Positions 1-10,688 of a DNA stretch of 64,000 nt are shown in pieces. The stretch is taken from the NCBI GenBank assembly GCA_964514415.1, contig CAZEQL010000001.1, positions 6,510-70,509 of the forward strand. Direction: 5' to 3'. The notes under the pieces are model-generated. The model had not been told where the DNA came from. It was given only the letters and a program-made list of their open reading frames with translations, and did not search any database. The first letter of the stretch is position 1. Every line of letters begins with the position of its first letter. Origin of the DNA: an uncultured Dehalococcoidales bacterium (GTDB lineage: Bacteria; Chloroflexota; Dehalococcoidia; GIF9; AB-539-J10). The position numbers and the translations under genes were made by a program.

Positions 1-1332
1 ATTGATGCCGCTACCACCAAGGGGATAGTAGTAGTTAATGCCCCGACAAGCAATACCATATCTGCCGCAGAACATACTATTGCCCTCATGCTCGCCCTGG
101 CGCGCAACGTGCCGCAAGCAGATGCTCTGCTCAAAGCGGGCAAATGGCAAAAAGAGAGATTAGTTGGCACAGAGCTTAGAAATAAAACGCTGGGTATCGT
201 AGGCATAGGCAATGTAGGCGCTGAAGTGGCCAAACGTGCCCAGGCTTTCGAAATGCGTGTCATCGCCCATGACCCATTTGTCTCTATAGACTCCGCTCGC
301 CATCTCAAAGTGAAGTTAGTCTCCATGGATCAGCTTCTCAGAGAAGCTGATTTTATCACGCTTCACGTGCCACTAACGGCTTCCACCAAGAAATTGATTG
401 GTGCTAAAGAGATAGTAAAATTAAAACCAGGAGTTCGGATTATCAATTGTGCCAGAGGTGGGCTGGTTGATGAAGAAGCGATAGCCGAAGCAATCAAGAA
501 CGGGAAAATAGCAGGTGCTGCCTTCGATGTCTTTAGCCGAGAGCCAATAACAGATAGTCCCCTGTTCAAAGAGGACAAGATAATAGTTACCCCCCACCTG
601 GGCGCCTCCACAATCGAAGCTCAGACAGGCGTTGCCAGGGATATTTCTGAGCAAATTCTAGCTGTGCTCCAAGGACAATTTAGTAAATATGCTGTTAACG
701 CTCCACACATCTCTCCTGAACTAGTACCATTCATGAAAGTAGCTTCGACCATTGGCAGCCTTGCCAGCCAATTAATGGAGGGACAACTAATCTCAATACA
801 TATTAAGTATTGTGGCGAAGTTACCAATTATGATTGCAACTCTCTCAAGACAGCAATTGTCAGTGGTCTATTGCAACAGACAAGCGAGGAAAGAATCAAT
901 CTGGTTAATGTCGGCCTTATCGCCACTCAGCGCGGTCTGAAGATCAGTGAGGAGAAGGAGACAATCTGCCAAAACTATTCTAACTTGATCACTCTAAAAG
1001 TCGATACAAATGAAGGAATTACTACCATATCAGGTACAGTTAGAGACAATGAAACCCATATTATCCAGGTTAATGACTTCTGGATGGACATTATGCCTAC
1101 AGGAGGTTATTTCCTTTTCTGCGATCACCTTGACCGACCCGGGCTTGTCGGTACGATCGGTAACATAACCGGCAAAGCCAATATTAATATTAGTTCCATG
1201 CACCTGAGCCGACTCCAGCCCCGAGGGCAAGCACTTATGGTTTTGGCTCTGGATGAACCGCTAGCTGAAGAGCAACTACAGGAAATCCTGGCTCTCCCTG
1301 ACATTTACGCCGCAAAAACAGTAAAGCTATAG
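1..1332 (+). CDS. serA: D-3-phosphoglycerate dehydrogenase (5'-partial, continues upstream of window)
   Basis: Frame 1 is open from base 1 and contiguous with the ORF 88..1332. It has a Rossmann NAD-binding motif GIVGIGNVG, a 2-hydroxyacid dehydrogenase catalytic region, and a C-terminal ACT-like domain. DUF1015 is a typical serA neighbour. Confidence 0.85.
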   Translation: MDAATTKGIVVVNAPTSNTISAAEHTIALMLALARNVPQADALLKAGKWQKERLVGTELRNKTLGIVGIGNVGAEVAKRAQAFEMRVIAHDPFVSIDSARHLKVKLVSMDQLLREADFITLHVPLTASTKKLIGAKEIVKLKPGVRIINCARGGLVDEEAIAEAIKNGKIAGAAFDVFSREPITDSPLFKEDKIIVTPHLGASTIEAQTGVARDISEQILAVLQGQFSKYAVNAPHISPELVPFMKVASTIGSLASQLMEGQLISIHIKYCGEVTNYDCNSLKTAIVSGLLQQTSEERINLVNVGLIATQRGLKISEEKETICQNYSNLITLKVDTNEGITTISGTVRDNETHIIQVNDFWMDIMPTGGYFLFCDHLDRPGLVGTIGNITGKANINISSMHLSRLQPRGQALMVLALDEPLAEEQLQEILALPDIYAAKTVKL

Positions 1333-2724
1333 TCAATCCAGGGGATTAATAATCAAGCCAGCAGGAAATTTAGGATAAAAATAGGTTGATTTCCTTGGCA
1401 TCCTATCTTGAGCATCAGCAACAGCCTTGACTATTTCCGGCTGCGGAGGGCTTACTAAGAAAGCTAATTGATATTTTCCTTCCTTTATCTGCTGGTAGGC
1501 TTCAGTTACGTCCACAGTATAAGCAATCTCCTCATTGCCTGCAGTAAACCCCAGCATTTTATTCAGAATAATGTGATTAAGAACACTAACGTCAAACCTT
1601 TTATAAATCTGGGAATAATTACCGGGCATCATTGCCTCAAGGGAAATGTCTCGACGTCGCCTCAACACCACCAGTGATCCAGCCTGTAAACCCAAAATTC
1701 CTAAAACCATGTCTGGAATACTAGCGAATGGCCGAGGTTCTTCGCTATGCTCAGAATGACAGGACAGCGCTTCAGTTAACGGAACGAATTCCAGGGCAAA
1801 GAATTTTTCAAGCTGGCTTTTTAATCCAGTTAAAGCAGCAGGGGCTATACCCCGTACCAACCTGTGAATGGGTAAAATAACTAGTCCAGGGTCGGAGAAT
1901 TCAACCAGGGTCATCATCGTATAATTAAAGGCTTCTTCACCAGTGATGGATGGAAGCGTTTGTGTCCTTTCCCGTTGGTAAGTCAGAGCTGTTTCATAGC
2001 GATGATGACCATCAGCCACATAAAGAGCTTGAGTAGATAAAAACTGACTTAACTTCTGCTTGAGTTTCGGTTCAGTTATCGCCCAGATATCATGACTTTC
2101 GCCAGAATCAGGGAGATTGCTTCGCTTTCCCTTCACTTCGCTCAAGGCTTCAGCTAACTGCAACGATATTATTGGTCCATCTTTTACCACCTCAGCTAAT
2201 AACGAAGCAACTTCTTGCTCTAAATCTTGATATAGGGCAAATAAGGGGCTGAAGTTAGCTCGGCAGGCTCGTATTAACTGCAAGCGGTCATCTTTAGCTT
2301 TAGAAGCTGTTTCCTCATGGGGAAATATACCACTACCCCATGGTTCCAGCCTAACGCGAGCTATCAGCCCACGCCGTCTCCTCTTTTCCCCCATGTAAGT
2401 AAAATAACAATCATGCAGATAAAAGGCTGAGTAATCGTCGAGCTGGAGAACTCCTTGCTCCAGCCACTGCTGGAAGGTAGTAGCTGCTTTGGTGTATTTG
2501 TTATTACAACTCCTGGCTGACATCTGACAGTTATCAGCCAGGGGATATTCCAACCGAATAGCATTGTAACTGCTCTTTTCGTAATAAAGTTTCTGCTGCT
2601 CAGAAGTAATAACATCATACGGAGGGCAGATGACTTGCGCTAACTCCCCCACTATTTTCTGATTGTAGCGTATGCCTCGAAATGGAGAGATCCGCTCACT
2701 TCGCTCAGAACCAAAGACTTTCAA
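1333..2724 (-). CDS. DUF1015 family protein
   Basis: 463-aa ORF adjacent to serA. Architecture and neighbourhood are typical of DUF1015. Family assignment is from memory. Confidence 0.6.
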   Translation of the reverse strand: MKVFGSERSERISPFRGIRYNQKIVGELAQVICPPYDVITSEQQKLYYEKSSYNAIRLEYPLADNCQMSARSCNNKYTKAATTFQQWLEQGVLQLDDYSAFYLHDCYFTYMGEKRRRRGLIARVRLEPWGSGIFPHEETASKAKDDRLQLIRACRANFSPLFALYQDLEQEVASLLAEVVKDGPIISLQLAEALSEVKGKRSNLPDSGESHDIWAITEPKLKQKLSQFLSTQALYVADGHHRYETALTYQRERTQTLPSITGEEAFNYTMMTLVEFSDPGLVILPIHRLVRGIAPAALTGLKSQLEKFFALEFVPLTEALSCHSEHSEEPRPFASIPDMVLGILGLQAGSLVVLRRRRDISLEAMMPGNYSQIYKRFDVSVLNHIILNKMLGFTAGNEEIAYTVDVTEAYQQIKEGKYQLAFLVSPPQPEIVKAVADAQDRMPRKSTYFYPKFPAGLIINPLD

Positions 2725-2792
2725 TTCAACCCTTTATAGCCATCAGCTTTCAGTTGTCAGCTATTAGCTTAATTTTAACTGCTGGTTGCTGA

Positions 2793-5054
2793 CTACTGAC
2801 TGTGCCTCACTGGCGCTTCTTGTAATGACAAGCCAAAACCGTCACGCCAGGCTTTTTCTACCTTAGACAGAGGCAATTTAATATAACCTTCTATTAATAA
2901 ATGATTACCCCCAACCTCCCCCAGCCAAGTTAATGGCACTTGCCACTTTCTGGCTATCTTGTTCAATTTAGCTGTTGAACCAGGCAATATTGATATCACA
3001 ATTTGTGATTGATGCTCTCCAAAAAAAGTGGAATCCACCCTTCCACTTATCTCCCAATCCCTCCCTCTAAAACCAATGTCACCAGCAACACAACTTTCGG
3101 CAATAGCTATCGCCAACCCTCCATCGGAACAATCGTGAGCTGATTTGACAAATCCATGCTTTACGGCTTCTAAACAACAACGCTGCACCCTCTTTTCCAG
3201 ATTTAAGTCGATAGCGGGTTTACCTTTTACCAAGCCATGCACTAACTCCAGATATTCACTGCCACCAAGACCATTACAGTTGCCAGTCGACAACTGATAG
3301 CTATCAGCTAAGGAAACCAGATCGCCCAGCAGAAACACTAAATCGCCTTCATCTTTGAAAGACATAGTGCAATGCTTATTTATGTCATCTACAATTCCTA
3401 CCATACCTATAATTGGAGTAGGATAAATAGCTTCACCTTTAGTTTCATTATAAAGGCTGACATTGCCACTTATGACGGGAATTTGCAATTCTCTACAAGC
3501 TCGAGCCATACCCTTGATGCATTCTTTCAATTGATAATAGACATCACTCTTCTCAGGATTACCAAAATTAAGGCAATCCGTAATGGCTAAAGGTTCAGCG
3601 CCACTACAAACCAAATTCCGAGCAGCCTCTGCCACAGCAATCGCTCCACCCAAAAAAGGATCAAGGTAGCAGTAACGTCCGTTGCCATCGACAGTTAACG
3701 AAATACCTTTTTTGCCGCCCTTGATACGTAAAACAGCAGCATCGCTACCGGGAAGAACCACAGAATTATTCATCACCTGATGATCATACTGACGATAAAC
3801 GCACTCCTTACTGGCAATATTGGGAGAAGCCAACAAACGAAGCAAAATAGAATTGCATTGTCCCGGCTTTAAGTCGCGGATAGTGCTCGTGTCAAAAGAT
3901 TGAAGCTCTGTAAGCCACATTGGCTTTCCGCTCCGCCGGCGATAAAATGGAGGAGACATTAACAATTTCACCGGAGCTTCGGCGACAACCTTCTCCCCTT
4001 CTTTAATCACCGCCAATTCACTGTCGGTAACCTGCCCAATGATGTCGGAGTGAAGGTCCCAGCGATCAAATAAGCTTCTCACTTTATCTTCACAGCCCTT
4101 TTTCACAACCACCAACATTCGCTCTTGCGATTCTGAGAGCATTATTTCATAAGGAGTCATGTTTTCCTCACGACGGGGCACTTTAAGCACGTCTATTTCC
4201 ATTCCTCCCCCACCCCTGGATACGGATTCCACAGAGGCGCTGGTCAACCCCGCAGCTCCCAAATCCTGCATGCCTACAATCCAATCGCTTTGAGCTAACT
4301 CAAGACACGCCTCTATAAGCAGCTTCTCCATAAAAGGATTACCCACTTGAACCGTTGGCCTTAGCTCCTGGTTATCCTCGAAAGTGCGTGAAGCCAGACC
4401 AGAAGCACCAAAAATCCCGTCGCGCCCGGTATCAGCTCCTACCAGCATCAACAGGTTGCCCACCCCGGTAGCCTTGGCACTAACAAGGCTATCCTTCTCA
4501 GCAATACCCAAACAGAAGGCATTAACCAGAGGATTGGCCGAATAACAATCGGCAAAAACCACCTCTCCACCAACGTCGGGTATTCCCAGGCAATTTCCAT
4601 AAGCGCCGATGCCACCAACAACCCCATTGAACAAATAGCGATTGCGCGCCTCACTTAAAGGACCAAACCGAAGTGAGTTGAGCAGGGCAATGGGCCTGGC
4701 TCCCATGGTGAAGATGTCGCGTACAATCCCACCCACGCCGGTAGCTGCTCCTTGATAGGGCTCAATCGCCGAGGGATGATTGTGAGACTCCATCTTCATT
4801 ACCACCACATACCCATCACCAATATCCACCACCCCAGCATTTTCCTCTCCAGGACTGACTAAGACACGCTTACTGCGGGAGGGCAAAAATTTGAGCAAAG
4901 GCTTAGAATGTTTATAACCGCAGTGCTCGCTCCATAATGAACCAAACATCCCCAATTCCACCTCAGTGGGCTCCCGCCCTAATTGCTGGACAACAAGCCT
5001 ATACTCTTTTTCGCTTAAGGCAACTTTATCCAGAATTTCTTTGGAGATATTCAA
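2793..5054 (-). CDS. purL: phosphoribosylformylglycinamidine synthase subunit PurL
   Basis: 753 aa with AIR-synthase-related domains. The start overlaps the purQ end by 29 nt, as in a purQL operon. Confidence 0.9.
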   Translation of the reverse strand: MNISKEILDKVALSEKEYRLVVQQLGREPTEVELGMFGSLWSEHCGYKHSKPLLKFLPSRSKRVLVSPGEENAGVVDIGDGYVVVMKMESHNHPSAIEPYQGAATGVGGIVRDIFTMGARPIALLNSLRFGPLSEARNRYLFNGVVGGIGAYGNCLGIPDVGGEVVFADCYSANPLVNAFCLGIAEKDSLVSAKATGVGNLLMLVGADTGRDGIFGASGLASRTFEDNQELRPTVQVGNPFMEKLLIEACLELAQSDWIVGMQDLGAAGLTSASVESVSRGGGGMEIDVLKVPRREENMTPYEIMLSESQERMLVVVKKGCEDKVRSLFDRWDLHSDIIGQVTDSELAVIKEGEKVVAEAPVKLLMSPPFYRRRSGKPMWLTELQSFDTSTIRDLKPGQCNSILLRLLASPNIASKECVYRQYDHQVMNNSVVLPGSDAAVLRIKGGKKGISLTVDGNGRYCYLDPFLGGAIAVAEAARNLVCSGAEPLAITDCLNFGNPEKSDVYYQLKECIKGMARACRELQIPVISGNVSLYNETKGEAIYPTPIIGMVGIVDDINKHCTMSFKDEGDLVFLLGDLVSLADSYQLSTGNCNGLGGSEYLELVHGLVKGKPAIDLNLEKRVQRCCLEAVKHGFVKSAHDCSDGGLAIAIAESCVAGDIGFRGRDWEISGRVDSTFFGEHQSQIVISILPGSTAKLNKIARKWQVPLTWLGEVGGNHLLIEGYIKLPLSKVEKAWRDGFGLSLQEAPVRHSQ

Positions 5055-5727
5055 TAATCGACTCCCAAATTAAATTACCATCTGTACTACCCAGAAGTGA
5101 TTCACAAGCTCGCTCTGGGTGAGGCATCATACCCAACACATTGCCTCTTTTGTTAACAATCCCTGCGATATTATGTAAAGAACCATTGGGATTAGCCCCC
5201 TCGGTTATCTTGCCTAAAGGGGTAGAGTAGCGAAAAACAACCTGACCATTGGCTTCCATCTCTTTTAGAGTGGCTTCATCGGCATAGTAGTTGCCTTCGT
5301 AGTGAGAAATAGGAATCCTTAAGACTTGTCCTTTCTCACATCTAGAAGTAAATGATGAATAATCGTTCTCAACCCTAAGATTGACCCACTGGCATCGATA
5401 TTGCAGATGACTACTGGGTAATAGCACCCCCAGTAGAAGTCCAGCTTCACATAGAATCTGAAAACCATTACAGATGCCAATAACCAAACCCCCATCATGA
5501 GCAAATTGTTCCACCGCTGCCATAATGGGACAAAAACGAGCTATAGCTCCTACCCGAAGGTAATCACCATAAGAAAAACCTCCGGGAAGAATGATACAAT
5601 CATAGTCGGACAATTGAGTTTCCTTATGCCAAATATAACCAGCCTCCTGCCCTAGCATATCATGAAGAGCATAGTAACAATCCTGGTCACTCCAGGTGCC
5701 AGGAAAAACAATAATCCCAAACTTCAT
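5026..5727 (-). CDS. purQ: phosphoribosylformylglycinamidine synthase glutamine amidotransferase subunit PurQ
   Basis: 233 aa, class I GATase with catalytic Cys in a GICNGFQ context and C-terminal HPER motif. Confidence 0.9.
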   Translation of the reverse strand: MKFGIIVFPGTWSDQDCYYALHDMLGQEAGYIWHKETQLSDYDCIILPGGFSYGDYLRVGAIARFCPIMAAVEQFAHDGGLVIGICNGFQILCEAGLLLGVLLPSSHLQYRCQWVNLRVENDYSSFTSRCEKGQVLRIPISHYEGNYYADEATLKEMEANGQVVFRYSTPLGKITEGANPNGSLHNIAGIVNKRGNVLGMMPHPERACESLLGSTDGNLIWESIIEYLQRNSG

Positions 5728-5815
5728 GCCATAAACAAAAACAATGGCGGCTTCACTCTACCGCCAATATATTAGTGGGTCACTGATTTAGAAATTCTGA
5801 CTACCTCAATAAATC

Positions 5816-6265
5816 TTAAATAGTATCAAGCAATTGTGAAACTACTTCGCTGACTTCTTTTCCATCAGCTTTACCCTTAAGCTGAGGCATAAGCTGAGAC
5901 ATAACTTTGCCTTTGTCATTTGGCCCTTTAATCCCAACTGCGTCAATTACCTGGCGTGCCACAACCACAATCTCTTCCCGGCTCATTTGCTTGGGAAGAT
6001 ACCCCATAAGAACATCCAATTCTGCTTCTTCCTGCGCCGTGAGGTCGCTGCGATTCCCTTTTTTAAAGGCCTCGATACTCTCTCGATGGCGTCTCACTGC
6101 CGTAGTAATAACATCAAGCACTTTATTATCATCAAGGGGCTTTTGCTGAGCAATTTCAGCATACTTTATCTCAGACAACAATAACCTCAAGGTAGAGACT
6201 TGCGTTGCCTGGTGCTTTCTAAGCGCATCTTTGAGGTCTTCTCTTAGCTTCTCTGCCAATGCCAT
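5816..6265 (-). CDS. GatB/YqeY domain protein
   Basis: 149-aa acidic/lysine-rich protein typical of YqeY, located downstream of rpsU as in many bacteria. Confidence 0.75.
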   Translation of the reverse strand: MALAEKLREDLKDALRKHQATQVSTLRLLLSEIKYAEIAQQKPLDDNKVLDVITTAVRRHRESIEAFKKGNRSDLTAQEEAELDVLMGYLPKQMSREEIVVVARQVIDAVGIKGPNDKGKVMSQLMPQLKGKADGKEVSEVVSQLLDTI

Positions 6266-6270
6266 TTTGG

Positions 6271-6447
6271 CTACTTAGAACTTTTCCGCCTCTTCACCGC
6301 TTCCTTTTTCCTCCGCTCATCACTAGGCTTCTCATAGAACCTGCGGCGTCGAACTTCAGCTAAAATGCGATCCTGCTGCACACGCTTACCAAATCTGCGC
6401 AGCAGACTGTCAAAACTCTCACCCGAACCAAGCTTCACATGAGCCAT
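6271..6447 (-). CDS. rpsU: 30S ribosomal protein S21
   Basis: Manually translated 58 aa: MAHVKLGSGESFDSLLRRFGKRVQQDRILAEVRRRRFYEKPSDERRKKEAVKRRKSSK. It is absent from the ORF track because it is under 60 aa. Confidence 0.8.
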   Translation of the reverse strand: MAHVKLGSGESFDSLLRRFGKRVQQDRILAEVRRRRFYEKPSDERRKKEAVKRRKSSK

Positions 6448-6622
6448 ACTTTAAAACAGGTCATTCTATACCCTGTAACTCAGCTATGTCAAACATTTTT
6501 ATTGATATTCTATAATTTTACCGCCGACTAACAAGTAACTAGGATGTTTAAAGAACACTTAAGAAGGAATCGATTAGCTAAATATAGATTAATCTCTTAT
6601 TTTAGTGTAACTTAATATCCTC

Positions 6623-7069
6623 ATGAAAGCGCTGGTGCAGCGGGTCACTAACGCTTCGGTAAGCGTAAATAACAATATAGCGGGCAAAATTAATCAGGGG
6701 TTGGTGATTTTCCTTGGCATCGCCAAAGACGATTCAGAGGATGACGCCCGTTATTTGGCAAACAAGATAGTCAATATGCGTGTCTTTGCTAGCGGATCAA
6801 GCAAGCTTGCCCTTTCAACACTGGAAACGAAAGGGGAAATTCTGACAGTAAGCCAATTCACCCTTTTAGCTGACTTGCGGAAGGGGAGGCGACCCAGCTT
6901 CACCGAGGCAGCTCCACCGGATAAAGCCAGGGAATTATATGAATTTTTCGTGAACCAAGTTCGCTCTTCAGGGCTTAAGGTAGAAACAGGGATTTTCCAG
7001 GAGCACATGATAGTGGAGATTCATAATGATGGGCCGGTAACCTTGTTGTTAGAAAGCAAAAAACGCTAA
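6623..7069 (+). CDS. dtd: D-aminoacyl-tRNA deacylase
   Basis: 148 aa, N-terminal MKALVQRV, GIAKDD, and SQFTL motif characteristic of Dtd. Confidence 0.85.
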   Translation: MKALVQRVTNASVSVNNNIAGKINQGLVIFLGIAKDDSEDDARYLANKIVNMRVFASGSSKLALSTLETKGEILTVSQFTLLADLRKGRRPSFTEAAPPDKARELYEFFVNQVRSSGLKVETGIFQEHMIVEIHNDGPVTLLLESKKR

Positions 7070-7072
7070 AAT

Positions 7073-7084
7073 CAACTAATTGCA
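7073..7084. promoter_or_regulatory. candidate Fur/Zur operator motif CAACTAATTGCA, copy 1 (upstream of the regulator gene)
   Basis: The identical 12-mer occurs again at 7575..7586 immediately upstream of the metal-transporter binding-protein gene. It is adjacent to the palindrome TATTGCAATA. Confidence 0.35.
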
Positions 7085-7134
7085 TCAGCGACCTATTGCA
7101 ATAGTTCCCCCATTGTGCCATAATCCATTTTCAA

Positions 7135-7554
7135 ATGAGCTGCTATAAAGTCCTCCAGGAAAAGGGTTATCGTTTAACTCCACAGCGGATGTTGGTTATC
7201 GAAGCCCTGCATAACGCTGATGGCCACATTAGCGCTGAGGAAATCTATGAGCAACTACATAGTCGCTATCCTTACGGCAATATCTCCACAGTGTATCGCA
7301 CTTTGGAGTTACTAAAAGAATTGAACTTAGTTACTGAAACCGATTTTGGCGATGGGCGTGTGCGCTATCATGTCGCCGGGAAAAGTCATCATCATCACCT
7401 TGTTTGCCATACCTGTGGTAGGGTGATGGATTTAGACGAATCTATATTATACCTATTAAAAGACAGTTTGCTTCGGGATTACGGATTTGAAGCTGATCTG
7501 AGACATTTAGCTATTTCAGGAGAGTGCAGCAATTGCCGGAGCAAGAACACCTAA
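7135..7554 (+). CDS. Fur-family metalloregulator (Zur-like)
   Basis: 139 aa with a winged-helix N-terminus, an HHHH metal site and CxxC...CxxC. It is encoded directly upstream of a Zn/Mn-type ABC transporter. Confidence 0.8.
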   Translation: MSCYKVLQEKGYRLTPQRMLVIEALHNADGHISAEEIYEQLHSRYPYGNISTVYRTLELLKELNLVTETDFGDGRVRYHVAGKSHHHHLVCHTCGRVMDLDESILYLLKDSLLRDYGFEADLRHLAISGECSNCRSKNT

Positions 7555-7574
7555 GTTTTTTTGCTCCTTTGTTG

Positions 7575-7586
7575 CAACTAATTGCA
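7575..7586. promoter_or_regulatory. candidate Fur/Zur operator motif CAACTAATTGCA, copy 2 (overlapping putative -10 TATAAA at 7591..7596)
   Basis: Exact repeat of the 12-mer found upstream of the regulator gene, 28 nt before the znuA-like start. Confidence 0.35.
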
Positions 7587-7613
7587 GGTATATAAAGTAT
7601 CGAAAGGAGAATT

Positions 7614-8450
7614 ATGAAAAGAAAATCTCTACTAAGCTTGGCATCATTGTTCCTGATTGTAACTCTGCTAATGCCCCTGTCCTGTACCCACCCATCGGCC
7701 GACATCATGGCTGGGAGCTCGCTCATAAACAACATCATTCAAGGTGTAGCTGGCGGCAAATTGCAAGCACGCACCCTTGTACCGCCGGGCATGTGTCCGG
7801 GGCATTATGACGTAAAGCCAAGTGATATTGAGACATTAGCTAATAGTGAAGCTCTTTTTATCCACGATTACCAGCAAAACATGAAAAACATAACCGGGCT
7901 TGTGGAAGCTGCTGACAATCCCGACCTTGATGTTAAGGTTATTGACGTGGAGGGAAACTGGATGGCGCCTCCCGTTCAGGCTGAAGCTGTGGATAAAATC
8001 GCTCAGGCTTTAGGTGAAATAGACCCAGCAAATTCGGCATATTATCAAGAGCGAGCTAGCGAACGAACGCAGTCCATTTTAGCCAAAGGTGAGGAAATAC
8101 AAGGCAAACTAAAGGAAGCGGGGGTGAGTGAGGTAAAGGTAACTTGCGCCCAGATGCAGGCGGGATTTATAACATGGGCTGGCTTTGACGTCGTGGCTAC
8201 CTATGGTCGGCCAGAGGAACTGAGTGTGGCGGAGATGGAGAAGCTGGTGGTTGAAGCCAGAGAGGCTGGTGTGACCATGGTCATTGACAATCTGCAGAGC
8301 GGCGCAACGGCTACAAGCGAAGCTATGGCGCGGGACATTAGAGCCACCCAGGTGACGCTGTCCAACTTTCCCGGCGGCTTTGCTGATACCGAAACCTGGG
8401 AGAAGGCTATAGACAAGAACATTGATTTATTGCTTAAAGCTCAAGTCTAG
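7614..8450 (+). CDS. metal (Zn/Mn-type) ABC transporter substrate-binding lipoprotein, TroA/ZnuA-like
   Basis: Signal peptide plus Cys (lipobox-like LSCT), cluster-9 binding-protein-like sequence, and a downstream ATPase and permease. Confidence 0.75.
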   Translation: MKRKSLLSLASLFLIVTLLMPLSCTHPSADIMAGSSLINNIIQGVAGGKLQARTLVPPGMCPGHYDVKPSDIETLANSEALFIHDYQQNMKNITGLVEAADNPDLDVKVIDVEGNWMAPPVQAEAVDKIAQALGEIDPANSAYYQERASERTQSILAKGEEIQGKLKEAGVSEVKVTCAQMQAGFITWAGFDVVATYGRPEELSVAEMEKLVVEAREAGVTMVIDNLQSGATATSEAMARDIRATQVTLSNFPGGFADTETWEKAIDKNIDLLLKAQV

Positions 8451-8463
8451 TGGAGGCAACAGC

Positions 8464-9243
8464 ATGGATAATACAGTTATAGATATCAAAGGCGCCGTGG
8501 TTTCTTACAGGGAGGATGTAGCTTTACAGGGCGTATCACTTAAGGTAAAGCGAGGGGAGTTCGTTGGCATCATCGGGCCCAATGGCGCCGGCAAGACTAC
8601 TATACTCACCATAATCAACGGCCTGGGCAAACTGCTTCATGGTCAGGCTGAGGTATTGGGTTTGCCGGTGAAGGGAGGAAATGGCAACGCGTTGAGAAAA
8701 CGCATTGGCTATGTGGCTCAGGTGGAAAATATCGACCCCAGGTTGCCCATCAATGTCAGGGAGACAGTGATGGTGGGATGCTATGGCCGCCTGGGATTAT
8801 TCCACCGACCCACACGGGCTCAATGGGAAAATGTAGATCGTGTGCTAGATTTAGTCGGTATGACTCATCTGTCCCAACGCCCCATAGGACATCTCTCCGG
8901 AGGGGAGTATCAAAGGGTAGCTATTGCTCGAGCACTGGTTCAACAGCCTGAAATATTCCTCCTTGACGAGCCCACAGCCTCCATAGACCCCCAGTCGCAG
9001 AGGGAAATCTTGAGCCTGATACAGCTTGTTCATAATCAGTACCACATGACTACCCTACTTGTCACCCACGACTTAAGAGCGCTGCCTGCCCCCTGCCACC
9101 GACTTATTCTAATGAAGGAAGGTAAAATCTGGCGGCAGGGCAACCCTGAGTCAATGCTCAAGAGGGAGATACTAAGCCAGCTTTACGGGACGCCACTTTC
9201 GGTAGGAGAAAAGGAGGCCATCTCAGCACCATCCTTTATGTAA
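8464..9243 (+). CDS. metal ABC transporter ATP-binding protein (ZnuC-like)
   Basis: Walker A GPNGAGKT, ABC signature LSGGEYQRV, Walker B LLDEP. The track ORF starts at a TTG at 8422; I place the start at the ATG at 8464, which is preceded by a GGAGG RBS. Confidence 0.8.
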   Translation: MDNTVIDIKGAVVSYREDVALQGVSLKVKRGEFVGIIGPNGAGKTTILTIINGLGKLLHGQAEVLGLPVKGGNGNALRKRIGYVAQVENIDPRLPINVRETVMVGCYGRLGLFHRPTRAQWENVDRVLDLVGMTHLSQRPIGHLSGGEYQRVAIARALVQQPEIFLLDEPTASIDPQSQREILSLIQLVHNQYHMTTLLVTHDLRALPAPCHRLILMKEGKIWRQGNPESMLKREILSQLYGTPLSVGEKEAISAPSFM

Positions 9244-9246
9244 CGA

Positions 9247-10086
9247 ATGGACTTTTCTATTTTCCAATATCAATTCATGCAGAGCGCCATCCTTGCCGGG
9301 CTGTGTGGCGGCATAACCTGCTCCATTGTCGGTGTCTTTGTCGTTACCATGCATCTCTCCTTTATCGGAGTGTGTATTGCCCATGCTGCCTTCGCTGGAG
9401 CTCTTCTCGGCGTCTGGTTGGGATTTAATCCCCTGCTTGGAGCCTTACTTTTCAGCCTGGCTTCGGCAGGAATCGTCGGCCCCATGGCTGATCGCGGAGA
9501 GCTAAATCCTGATACCTCCATCGGCATCATATTCTCTTTAATGCTGGGGCTGGCTTTTCTTTTCATGGGCATGGCGCCAGGGTCGAGGACAGAGGCATTG
9601 AGCCTGTTCTGGGGGAGCATATTAACCGTAAGCCAGGAGAATCTGATTTTCCTCGCCATAGTGACGGTTGTGATAATTGCACTGGTGATGACCTTTTACA
9701 AGGAAATCCAGGCGGTGATCTGCCATCGACAGGTGGCTCTGGCCGTGGGCATCCCGGCAACCCTTGTTTTCTATGGCTTGCTATTTTCCACCGGCGTAAC
9801 CGTCACTGCCTCGTTGCAAAGCATCGGTGGGCTACTCATATATAGCCTTATTCTAAATCCCGCCGCCGCCGCCTATCAGCTTACCTACAGCTTAAAGCGA
9901 ATGCTTCTCATCGCCGTAGCTTTCGGCATTGTCTCCTGCTGGACAGGACTCGCAATTTCCTACTTCCTGGATACGCCGTCGGGTGCCTCCATAGTGATAA
10001 CCTCGTCTGTTATCTTCGGTCTGGCGACGCTGTTCTCCCCAAAGAGAAAGGTGAAGAAATGGCAGCAAGCACAATTAACGGCTTAG
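9247..10086 (+). CDS. metal ABC transporter permease (ZnuB-like)
   Basis: 279 aa, polytopic hydrophobic membrane protein of the ABC-3 family, between the ATPase and the end of the operon. Confidence 0.8.
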   Translation: MDFSIFQYQFMQSAILAGLCGGITCSIVGVFVVTMHLSFIGVCIAHAAFAGALLGVWLGFNPLLGALLFSLASAGIVGPMADRGELNPDTSIGIIFSLMLGLAFLFMGMAPGSRTEALSLFWGSILTVSQENLIFLAIVTVVIIALVMTFYKEIQAVICHRQVALAVGIPATLVFYGLLFSTGVTVTASLQSIGGLLIYSLILNPAAAAYQLTYSLKRMLLIAVAFGIVSCWTGLAISYFLDTPSGASIVITSSVIFGLATLFSPKRKVKKWQQAQLTA

Positions 10087-10688
10087 ATATGCAGCTTAAA
10101 GATTATTTCGACCATCTGGCGCCGTCCTGGGATGGAGAAATCACCTCGCATAGCCTGGAGTGCCTTGCCAACATCGTCAAAGAACTGGACATCAGGCATG
10201 AAGATTGGGTGCTTGATATTGGCTGTGGTACAGGCATTCTCTTGCCCTTTTTAACTCACAGGGTGACCGAGAAGGGAAAAGTCATAGCGCTGGACTTCTC
10301 AGCGAAGATGCTGCTTCAAGCTAAAACCAAAGGGGTCCCGTCCATTGTGGATTTTATTCAAGCTGATATCACATCCATACCGTTGCCCCAATGTTGCGTA
10401 GACCTGGCTATATGTAACAGTGTCTTTCCACATTTCAGCGACAAAGCAAGAGCTTTGATGGAGATTGCCAGGGTAATGGGAGACGACGGCAGGCTAGTTA
10501 TATGCCACACCAAAAGCCGCGAGGAGATTAACCAGCTTCATCAAACTATTGGCGGAGTGGTGGGAGATCACTCTTTACCCGACGAACTTGAGCTGACGCA
10601 ACTGACAGGACACGCCTGTCTGACGATAACCCACTTAGAAGATAATCCCTGGCGATACCTGGTTATCGCCAGGAAAAATCATCGTTGA
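10059..10688 (+). CDS. class I SAM-dependent methyltransferase
   Basis: Motif I VLDIGCGTG. An alternative start is the ATG at 10089. Overlaps the znuB-like end. Confidence 0.65.
   Translation: MAASTINGLDMQLKDYFDHLAPSWDGEITSHSLECLANIVKELDIRHEDWVLDIGCGTGILLPFLTHRVTEKGKVIALDFSAKMLLQAKTKGVPSIVDFIQADITSIPLPQCCVDLAICNSVFPHFSDKARALMEIARVMGDDGRLVICHTKSREEINQLHQTIGGVVGDHSLPDELELTQLTGHACLTITHLEDNPWRYLVIARKNHR

Noticed and set aside
363-1230. Several 60-85-aa ORFs on the minus strand inside serA (363..611, 421..654, 621..827, 1030..1230). Similar shadow ORFs occur inside most long genes (e.g. 19240..19785, 36738..37271, 30293..30825, 62223..62636, 63400..63729).
   Set aside because: They lie entirely antisense to, or overlapping, long well-supported CDSs with recognisable domains. 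They show no motifs, RBS or conservation signals. They are treated as spurious shadow ORFs.
8422-8463. Upstream TTG/GTG/alternative starts chosen by the ORF track (8422, 26572, 28142, 30834, 33364, 34368, 22416, 41381, 57875).
   Set aside because: The longest-ORF rule extends these across upstream stops and intergenic spacers or into the preceding gene. Downstream ATGs with an RBS and paralog/N-terminal-motif alignment (signal peptide, PP-loop, P-loop positions) are preferred.
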